Assembly: GCA_017626135.1 (NCBI GenBank)
Contig: JAGAJI010000029.1
Span: forward strand, 2,328 to 66,327
From: Clostridia bacterium
GTDB lineage: Bacteria; Bacillota; Clostridia; Christensenellales; Borkfalkiaceae
Direction: 5' to 3'
DNA: 64,000 nt
The notes under the pieces are model-generated. The model did no database searches. It saw only the letters and a list, made by a program, of their open reading frames with translations, and was not told the origin of the DNA. Below are positions 40,852-48,157 of this stretch, in pieces (the stretch's first letter is position 1; each line of letters starts with the position of its first letter). The position numbers and the translations under genes were made by a program.

Positions 40852-42849
40852 ATGTTGAATGTAGAGAACGGTTGTGTAGACTGCGCTTGTGAGAGCGCGT
40901 TGGAAAACGCATGGAAAATATTGACGGCGAGCAAGAAGAGAAACTTCGTCGTCGTGCAGATCGCACCCGCGGTGCGCGTATCGATCGGCGAAAAGTTCGG
41001 TCTTACGCGCGGCGAGGATAGCGTGGGCAAAGTGGTGGCGGTGCTCGAATTGCTCGGCGCGGACGCCGTGGTGGATACGGCGATCGCCTCGGACGCGATC
41101 ACGCTGATGAAATTGAAGAAAGTGCGTCAAAACAAAGAGACGGGCGCGGGTACGGTGTACTCGTCCGAGTGCCCCGGTTGGCGACGCCACGCGAAAAAGA
41201 ACTATCCCGAGATCGAGCTTTTGCCTACGGCGACCAGCGTCTGCGCGAAGCTTTTGAAAAAGTATTACAGCGAAGCGGAGCCCGGCAAAAAAATCCGTGT
41301 GATTGCGTTGGAAATGGGCAAGGGCAAGAAGGACGAGCCCGGCGTCGACCTCGCGTTGACCCTCGACGAACTCGGCATTCTCGTCAACAGTCTGGAAACG
41401 AGCGTTCGTTTGCTCAAAAAGAAACCTTTGGCTACGCCGCTCGGCATCGGTTCGGGCGCGAGCTATATCGCGGCGGCAAGCGGCGGCGACGCAGAGGCGT
41501 TGGCACGTTGTTTGACGACGGAAAAAAATCAGCTCCATTACAGAAAATTCGAATATAGCGGTTTGTACGGGAAGGGCTCCCGTCGCGAAGCGGTGATGAC
41601 GCTTGGCGGCGAAGAATGGAAATTCGCCGTGGTGGACTCCGTGGCGGCGGCGGACGCTCTGCTTGCCGATATCGAGGCGGGCGCACGGTACGACTACGTG
41701 GAGATCACGGCTTGCGCAGGCGGTCAGATCGGCAAGGGGTGCGACTTATCCACCGAACAGGGCGAAATGACGAGAAGGTTGCGGCACCTTGGCTTGAAAT
41801 ATCTCGACCGCGCTCGTGCGGCGCGCTCCGCAGAAACGAACGCTCCTGCGGCGGCACTCCTCAAATCGTGGAACGCCCTCTGCCGTAGTGGCGAGGCGGC
41901 GGCTTACGACGTCATCGATGAAATCGTGGAAGACTTCGACGAAGTCGAGGAAATCGTAGAGGAACCTGTCGAGGAAGTCGTCGAAGAGACTCCCGTGGAA
42001 GAGACGGTAGAAGAACCTGTCGAAGAAACTCCCGTCGAAGTGGTAGAAGAAGTTGTCGAAGAGACTCCCGAGGAAGTGGTCGAAGAAGTCGTCGAAGAGA
42101 CTCCCGTGGAAGAAGTTGTAGAAGTCGTCGAAGAAACTCCTGTCGAGGAAGTCGTAGAAGAAGTCGTCGAAGAGACTCCCGTGGAAGTGGTCGAAGAAGT
42201 CGTCGAAGAGACTCCCGAGGAAGTGGTCGAAGAAGTTGTCGAAGAAACTCCTGTCGAGGAAGTCGTAGAAGAAGTCGTCGAAGAGACTCCCGTGGAAGTG
42301 GTCGAAGAAGTTGTCGAAGAAACTCCTGTCGAGGAAGTTGTAGAAGAAGTAGCCGCAACGGAAACGGAAGTCGTCGAAGAGGTTGCAGAAGAACCCGTCG
42401 TCGAGGAAGTTGTCGAAGAGACTCCCATCGAAGAACCCGTCGAAGAGGTTGTCGAAGAACCTGTCGTCGAGGAAGTTGCAGAAGAACCCATCGTCGAAGA
42501 AGTCGTTGAAGCAGTCGTTGAAGAAGCTCCCGTTGAAGAACCAGTCGAAGAGGTTGTAGAAGAACCCGTCGTCGAGGAAGTTGCCGAAGAGGCTCCCGTG
42601 GAAGAAGAACCCGAAGAGGAGGTTGTGCTCACCGCGGATAAGGAAGCGGAACTGATGCAACAGGTCAGCGCGGAAGAACTCGCCGAGGAAATGAAACACG
42701 TGGAGGAGCTTTTAGACGTAGCCGAAGAAGATTTGACGTTGGCGCAGAAGCTGGCGAGGGCGCATTACTATCGCCGTCTGTCCACGAAGGAACGCCGTAA
42801 ACTCAAGAGATTGAGAAAGAAGATGAAGAACGGCAAAAACAGAAAATAA
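40852..42849 (+). CDS. [FeFe]-hydrogenase large-subunit-like (H-domain) protein with degenerate cluster ligands and long acidic repeat tail
   Basis: AAGGAGG precedes ATG 40852. The H-domain-like blocks are VVQIAPAVRVSIGEKFG, SSECPGW (canonical TSCCPxW), ALEMGKGKKDE (canonical MPCxxKxxE) and EITACAGGQIGKGC. A roughly 235-aa (E/V/P/T) repeat follows, then a basic tail RRLSTKERRKLKRLRKKMKNGKNRK. Confidence 0.7.
   Translation: MLNVENGCVDCACESALENAWKILTASKKRNFVVVQIAPAVRVSIGEKFGLTRGEDSVGKVVAVLELLGADAVVDTAIASDAITLMKLKKVRQNKETGAGTVYSSECPGWRRHAKKNYPEIELLPTATSVCAKLLKKYYSEAEPGKKIRVIALEMGKGKKDEPGVDLALTLDELGILVNSLETSVRLLKKKPLATPLGIGSGASYIAAASGGDAEALARCLTTEKNQLHYRKFEYSGLYGKGSRREAVMTLGGEEWKFAVVDSVAAADALLADIEAGARYDYVEITACAGGQIGKGCDLSTEQGEMTRRLRHLGLKYLDRARAARSAETNAPAAALLKSWNALCRSGEAAAYDVIDEIVEDFDEVEEIVEEPVEEVVEETPVEETVEEPVEETPVEVVEEVVEETPEEVVEEVVEETPVEEVVEVVEETPVEEVVEEVVEETPVEVVEEVVEETPEEVVEEVVEETPVEEVVEEVVEETPVEVVEEVVEETPVEEVVEEVAATETEVVEEVAEEPVVEEVVEETPIEEPVEEVVEEPVVEEVAEEPIVEEVVEAVVEEAPVEEPVEEVVEEPVVEEVAEEAPVEEEPEEEVVLTADKEAELMQQVSAEELAEEMKHVEELLDVAEEDLTLAQKLARAHYYRRLSTKERRKLKRLRKKMKNGKNRK
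41910..42625 (+). repeat. In-frame tandem coding repeats (36-39-nt units, higher-order duplications) encoding VVEETPVEEVVEE-type acidic repeats
   Basis: Near-identical units such as GAAGTGGTCGAAGAAGTCGTCGAAGAGACTCCCGTG recur. Blocks around 42040-42170 and 42175-42300 are close duplicates. Confidence 0.9.
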
Positions 42850-42900
42850 CGAGGGGGCGCGGCGGTAAAAACGCCGCGCGCTTTCTACAAAGGAGAAAAC

Positions 42901-43914
42901 ATGAAAAAAGGATTTGTAAAAGGGGTGGCGCTCGCTTGCGCTTTTGTGTGCGTGGGGTTGAGTGGTTGTCGCCCGAGCGTGCCCGACGGAGAAATTACGG
43001 TGTATATGCCTGACGGGGCGCCTGCGTTGGCGCTTGCCAAACTCATGCACGAGGACACCGAGGACGACGGAGTCACCTATCGCGTAGTGGATTCGAGCTT
43101 GATTTCGTCCAAAGTGACGAATCGGGACGCGGCAAAGAATGCCGACGTATGCGTCCTGCCCGTCACGGCGGCGGCAAAACTGCTTGGAACGGGGGAGACA
43201 TACAAGATGCTCGGCACGGTCACGCACGGCAACTTGTATCTGCTCGCCAAGGAAGAGGGCGCAATCACGGCGGAAAATTTGAGCACCCTCGTCGGCAAAA
43301 AGGTGGGGGTGTTGCAGATGACGAGCGTCCCCGGCCTCACCTTCAAAGCGACGTTAAGTAGCCACGGCATCGCATGGCAGGAAGTGACGAACGAGGGGGG
43401 CATGGTCGAGGATAAGGTCAATTTATTCGCTATTTCGGGGGCGGACGCCGTCGGCGTCATCGAGGCGGATTACTTCATGATTGCCGAGCCTGCGGCAAGC
43501 GCGCAGAGCAAGAAGGGGTACTCCATCGTCGGCAACGTGCAGACCCTCTACGGCGGAGAAAATGGGTTTCCACAGGCGGCGCTCGTCGCTAAAAACAGCT
43601 TGCTCGTCGAGCACGAGGACTGGGTAAAATCCTTCGTGGAGAGGGTGGACGGCGCTTCGGCGTGGCTGACGGAGACGGACGGACAAACGCTCGTAGCGAC
43701 GGTGAACGCGCATATGGACGATAGGACTTCGGAGACGTCCTTGAAGGCGCCCTTGCTCACGCAGACGGCGCTTGCAGGTTGCGGGATCCGCTTTACCTAC
43801 GCCGCAGCCGATTTTGAAGAGGTCAACGCATTTCTGACGAAATTGCTCCTCGTCAACGATAAGGCGACGGCGATGCCTTCTGAAAACTTCTACTGGACGT
43901 ATTTTGAACCATGA
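42901..43914 (+). CDS. ABC transporter substrate-binding lipoprotein (NMT1/THI5, NitT/TauT-type)
   Basis: Signal peptide with lipobox VGLSGC. Periplasmic-binding-like sequence. The ATGA overlap with the permease gene implies coupling. Confidence 0.7.
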   Translation: MKKGFVKGVALACAFVCVGLSGCRPSVPDGEITVYMPDGAPALALAKLMHEDTEDDGVTYRVVDSSLISSKVTNRDAAKNADVCVLPVTAAAKLLGTGETYKMLGTVTHGNLYLLAKEEGAITAENLSTLVGKKVGVLQMTSVPGLTFKATLSSHGIAWQEVTNEGGMVEDKVNLFAISGADAVGVIEADYFMIAEPAASAQSKKGYSIVGNVQTLYGGENGFPQAALVAKNSLLVEHEDWVKSFVERVDGASAWLTETDGQTLVATVNAHMDDRTSETSLKAPLLTQTALAGCGIRFTYAAADFEEVNAFLTKLLLVNDKATAMPSENFYWTYFEP

Positions 43915-44666
43915 GAAAAATACTTGCAAAAACTGCATGGCAGACGTTGGCGGCAATCGGATTTTTGATCGTCGTTTGGGCGTGTCTGTATCTGGCGGCG
44001 GGGAACGAGCTTCTCGTGCCCTCGCTATTTGCGTGCTTTGCGGAAATGGGCGCGCTCCTTGGGAGCGGCGCTTTCTGGATAGCGCTTCTGGCGAGTTTCC
44101 TACGCGCGTTGGAGGCTTTCGCAATCTCTTTCGTTTTCGCTTTGATTTTTGCAATCATCGCGTACCTGGTGCCCTCGTTTGAAAAATTATTCGCGCCTTT
44201 GGCGTCCGCGCTCCGCTCTCTGCCCGTGCTCGCGGTGCTACTTATCTTACTCTCGGTGCTCAGCGCCGGGCAAGCCCCCGTCGCCGTGGCGTTTTTGTCT
44301 CTATTTCCCATGCTGTACACGGGAATTTTGGCGGCACTTTCGGGCGTGGACAAGCAGGTTATTGCCATTAGTCGCGTACATGGTACCCCTCTATGGCGAA
44401 AAGTAACCCGTATTTATCTGCCTCTTTCTGCTCCGTATATTCTGCGTGAATCGGGGGGAGCGCTCGCCTTTTCCTTGAAGCTCGTCGTCTCGGCGGAAGT
44501 TTTGGCGAACACGGCGAAAAGCTTGGGGGGCATGATGCAGGAGGCGAAAATCTACGCGGAAATTCCCGAGCTTTTCGCGCTCGTCTTCGCGACCTTTTTC
44601 GTAGGACTTCTTTTGGAGCTCGCCGCAACGGCGCTCGCTTCGTACGTGCAAAAGCGTATGCAATAA
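43911..44666 (+). CDS. ABC transporter permease (NitT/TauT family)
   Basis: 251 aa, about 6 TM helices. EAA-like loop ...ISRVHGTPLWRKVTRIYLPLSAPYIL. Confidence 0.8.
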   Translation: MRKILAKTAWQTLAAIGFLIVVWACLYLAAGNELLVPSLFACFAEMGALLGSGAFWIALLASFLRALEAFAISFVFALIFAIIAYLVPSFEKLFAPLASALRSLPVLAVLLILLSVLSAGQAPVAVAFLSLFPMLYTGILAALSGVDKQVIAISRVHGTPLWRKVTRIYLPLSAPYILRESGGALAFSLKLVVSAEVLANTAKSLGGMMQEAKIYAEIPELFALVFATFFVGLLLELAATALASYVQKRMQ

Positions 44667-44741
44667 TTTTTAGATTCAAACCGCATTTTTATCGCGAATC
44701 GTTTGTCGTTCGATAAAATATAAAAATACGAGGAAAAAAGA

Positions 44742-45359
44742 ATGGATATTAAGCAGTTTCAATGGACGAGAGAACCCAAATCTTACAAAATTGACGAGGA
44801 TAAAGTGGAGATCGTCACCGCACCCAACACCGATTTGTGGCAGAGAACGTATTATCATTTTCGCAACGATAACGCACCCGTGTTTCAGATGGAGACGGAG
44901 GAAAAATATTTCAGTTTCCTGGTAAAGACGGAGTTCTTAGAAAGTCATCACCGTTTCGATCAATGCGGCGTCGTTTTATATCTCGACAGCGAGAACTGGC
45001 TAAAAGCCTCTATCGAATACGAGAACGACGAATTTCAGCATTTGGGGAGCGTCGTCACGAACATGGGATACTCGGACTGGGCTACGACGGAAATTTCGGC
45101 TCGCGTCAAATCCATGTGGTACCGTTTGAGTCGTCGTGAGGACGATTACTGTATCGAATGTTCGGAGGACGGCGTACGATTCAAACAGATGCGAGTCTGC
45201 CATTTGCATCAGGGGGCAGGCAGGATCCGATTCGGCATTTATGCGTGCTCCCCCGAAAACTCTTCCTTTAAGGCGGTATTCACCCATTTCCGCTTGACCG
45301 AGTGTCAATGGAAAGCGCACGACGGGCAACAGCCGGACGAAGGGTGCGTTTCTGAATAA
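44742..45359 (+). CDS. DUF1349-domain protein (concanavalin-A-like fold)
   Basis: The N-terminus F.WTREPKSY.IDEDKVEIVTAPNTDLWQRTYY.F..DNAP is characteristic of DUF1349. Confidence 0.75.
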   Translation: MDIKQFQWTREPKSYKIDEDKVEIVTAPNTDLWQRTYYHFRNDNAPVFQMETEEKYFSFLVKTEFLESHHRFDQCGVVLYLDSENWLKASIEYENDEFQHLGSVVTNMGYSDWATTEISARVKSMWYRLSRREDDYCIECSEDGVRFKQMRVCHLHQGAGRIRFGIYACSPENSSFKAVFTHFRLTECQWKAHDGQQPDEGCVSE

Positions 45360-45365
45360 AGTTTG

Positions 45366-45397
45366 AAAAAAGTTCCGAAAAAAATCGGAACTTTTTT
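45366..45397 (+). terminator. Rho-independent terminator
   Basis: AAAAAAGTTCCG-aaaaaaat-CGGAACTTTTTT. Confidence 0.8.
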
Positions 45398-45458
45398 ATA
45401 AAATCGCTTGTTATTATCGATAAAAAGTCGTATAATGATAAAAAAGGAGAGGAAGCGT

Positions 45459-46112
45459 ATGAAAGAAACGGGCGTAAAAAAACACGTTGATGCGAAAGAC
45501 ATTTCCAAAGCGACGGTGGCGCGTATGCCGCTGTATCTGCATTTTTTGCAGGAAGAGGCGTCGAAGGGGGCGCAGTATATCTCTTCCACGGTCATCGCGC
45601 AGAACATTTCCGTATCCTCGGTGCTGGTGCGCAAGGATTTGGCGCTCGTGTCCTCGGAGGCGGGCAGACCCCGACTCGGCTTCGCCATCAGCCGTCTGAT
45701 CGTCGACATTGAAAAATTTTTGGGCTACGATATCCTTTCCGACGCCGTGATCGTGGGCGCCGGGGGACTGGGCAGAGCATTTCTGGGTTACGAGGGATTC
45801 AAGAATAACGGACTCAACATCGTCGCGGCGTTCGACGTGTCCGAAAAGCTCATCGGCACCAACGTGCTGGGCAAGGAAATTTTGCCCATTTCCGAGCTCG
45901 ACGCCTTCGTCAAAGAACACAAGATCCGCATCGGGATCATCACCGTACCCAAAGCCGCTGCGCAGGAGGTTTTGAACGAAATGGTGGGGGCAGGTATCAA
46001 AGCAATCTGGAATTTTGCGCCGGCGCCCCTGCGTGCGCCCAAGGACGTCGTACTCAAAACGGAGGATCTGGCGGCGTCGCTTGCCATGCTTGCAGGAAAA
46101 CTCTACACCTGA
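45459..46112 (+). CDS. rex: Redox-sensing transcriptional repressor Rex
   Basis: AAGGAGAGG precedes ATG 45459. N-terminal ISKATVARMPLYLHFL. Rossmann motif VIVGAGGLGRAF. The C-terminus is typical of Rex. Confidence 0.9.
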   Translation: MKETGVKKHVDAKDISKATVARMPLYLHFLQEEASKGAQYISSTVIAQNISVSSVLVRKDLALVSSEAGRPRLGFAISRLIVDIEKFLGYDILSDAVIVGAGGLGRAFLGYEGFKNNGLNIVAAFDVSEKLIGTNVLGKEILPISELDAFVKEHKIRIGIITVPKAAAQEVLNEMVGAGIKAIWNFAPAPLRAPKDVVLKTEDLAASLAMLAGKLYT

Positions 46113-46128
46113 TCGTTTTGCGATTTTT

Positions 46129-46152
46129 AAGCCCCGAAAAGGGGCTTTTTTT
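46129..46152 (+). terminator. Rho-independent terminator after rex
   Basis: AAGCCCC-gaaaa-GGGGCTT followed by TTTTT. Confidence 0.85.
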
Positions 46153-46373
46153 CGTTTCCCGAAATTCGTTTCCCGAAAATTCCGTATGCGCATATGCACA
46201 TAGGCGCATGGGTCGGTAAATATAAAAAAGTATAATTTTTTTGAATAGCCGAGGGGTATTTTCCGACGGCGCAAGGGTGGCGTTTTCTCTCCGAAAAACG
46301 TCCCGTGCAAGCGTGAAATTTTACTATATATATTATTAATCGCAAAAAAAATCGAAAAATTCGTAAAAATCTA

Positions 46374-46402
46374 TTGACAAAGCGGGAAAAAGTGTATATA
46401 AT
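46374..46402 (+). promoter_or_regulatory. Sigma-A promoter
   Basis: TTGACA (46374-46379), a 17-nt spacer, TATAAT (46397-46402). It shares AAAAATCTATTGACAA and the spacer pattern with the promoter at 2318-2355. Confidence 0.6.
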
Positions 46403-46465
46403 AAAATCATAATCGTGGGTTTATGCCCACAGGCAAAAGGAAACGTCGAAGCATTTGGTGGATTT

Positions 46466-46972
46466 ATGAACCTTTCTATACTTACCATCTTCATAATCTG
46501 CGCGTTCACTCTGTTTGGCATGAAGTATCTGCAGGAAATCTGCAAGAGCGGCACGCTGGAACAGAGATTGCAGAGGTTTTCGAAAAACGCCCTGCGCATT
46601 ACTTATATCGGTATTGCGGCAGTAGGCGTATTTTGTCTTGCCCTTTTGCTGTTTCCTCTTCTCAGAATGATCGGGTTCACCGTGATCCCGAGCAGCGTGG
46701 AGAGGGTGATTCGTAATTTACTGAAAGCGATTTTCAAAACTGAGTCGGTCTACGCCTCTTTGCGGATTTTAGCGAGCACGGTGCTCTTTGCGGCGGGATT
46801 CAGTTTGCTTTTTTCCGTTCTCGGCTTCGTCGCCGCGAGCGTGGTTGCGATTTTCCGTTTGGTGGAAAGATCGTATACGGAACGGGAGCCCGAACAATGG
46901 AAGAGTTCGGTTGGCGAGTTGGTTTGCTCGTTTGGAAAAATCTTCCTCAACTTTGCCCATTTAAGAATTTAA
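46466..46972 (+). CDS. Hypothetical integral membrane protein
   Basis: About 168 aa counted from MNLSILTIFIICAFTLFG. Four predicted hydrophobic helices. I recognise no family. Confidence 0.5.
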   Translation: MNLSILTIFIICAFTLFGMKYLQEICKSGTLEQRLQRFSKNALRITYIGIAAVGVFCLALLLFPLLRMIGFTVIPSSVERVIRNLLKAIFKTESVYASLRILASTVLFAAGFSLLFSVLGFVAASVVAIFRLVERSYTEREPEQWKSSVGELVCSFGKIFLNFAHLRI

Positions 46973-47422
46973 TAGGCAGCCCGACGGACAGCGAACCCGT
47001 CGGGCGAAAGGCAGTTTTCGCTGCCTTGTGAACGCAAAACATCTTCATACTACGCCTCTTGCGGCAGTCGAACGCTTCCGTGCGCCTTTGCGCGCTTTGC
47101 GGAGCGCACGTTGTTTTTATGGTGAACGTGGACGGCCGCAGATCGATTTTTCGCTCGCGCACGTACGTGCGTAGGCGCACACATGCGCCTACGAAAATTC
47201 TCTATCGGAGAATTCGCGACGGAAGAAAGGGTCGAAGGGCGGTGGTTTGGGTGCTTGGCGTTTTTTTTGTTGCAAACGTGCGTGGAGAATTTTTTTGCCA
47301 TTTTTCTCCCGCACTTGCATCAAAAACAGAAAAATTCCCTTTTTTGCAACAAAAAGGGGATGGAAATAAATTTATACATCGTAAGATAGAAAAGCTATCT
47401 TGCGAACGGGAGGAGGCAGTTC

Positions 47423-48154
47423 ATGCTGATTGAAGTTAAACATCTTTGCAAACGTTACACCGCGAAAGCGGATTACGCCATCAAAGATATCAACCTGTAC
47501 GGCAACGCCGGAGAGATCATCGGCGTTTTAGGCCACAACGGCGCGGGGAAATCCACGACCATCAAGTGCCTGACGGGGATGCACCCTTACGAAGCGGGGA
47601 CGATCCGTATCAACGGCTACGATTTGAAAAAGGATTCCATCAACGCCAAGAGACATTTCGGCTACGTGAGTGACGAGCACGTGCTCTTCGAAAAAATGAC
47701 GGGCTATGAGTTTATCAACTTCATGGCGGATATCTACAACGTAAGCTCGAAAGACAGAAAGGCGAGAGTGGCTCGTTTTCAGGAACTCTTCATGCTCGGC
47801 AATTCCATTTACAATCCCATCTCTTCCTATTCGCACGGCATGAAACAAAAAATCTCCTTTATGGGTGCGCTCATTCATAACCCCAAAGTGTTTATTTTGG
47901 ACGAACCGATGGTGGGGCTCGATCCCTTCACCGCAAGCCAAGTGAAGGTCTTCTTTCAGGAGCACGCGGCGGCGGGGAATCTGGTGTTGTTCTCCTCCCA
48001 CAATCTGGACGTCGTAGAAAAGCTTTGCGACCGCGTTTACATCATTGACCAAGGCAGAATTATCCGTGAAATCGACATGGATTTGTTCAGACAGAGTGGC
48101 TTGGATTTCGAAAACTATTTCTTATCGATCACACAAAGGGTTGCAAAAGCGTAA
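47423..48154 (+). CDS. ABC transporter ATP-binding protein
   Basis: GGGAGGAGG SD. Walker A GHNGAGKST, signature YSHGMKQK, Walker B VFILDEP. Confidence 0.9.
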   Translation: MLIEVKHLCKRYTAKADYAIKDINLYGNAGEIIGVLGHNGAGKSTTIKCLTGMHPYEAGTIRINGYDLKKDSINAKRHFGYVSDEHVLFEKMTGYEFINFMADIYNVSSKDRKARVARFQELFMLGNSIYNPISSYSHGMKQKISFMGALIHNPKVFILDEPMVGLDPFTASQVKVFFQEHAAAGNLVLFSSHNLDVVEKLCDRVYIIDQGRIIREIDMDLFRQSGLDFENYFLSITQRVAKA

Positions 48155-48157
48155 ATT

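Noticed and set aside
41910-42625. CRISPR array or other non-coding tandem array, suggested by the regular 36-39-nt repeats (and similarly at 51210-51450 and 15335-15660)
   Set aside because: The repeats are in frame within long ORFs, have no unique spacers and encode acidic or Ser-rich low-complexity peptides. They are coding repeats, not CRISPR.
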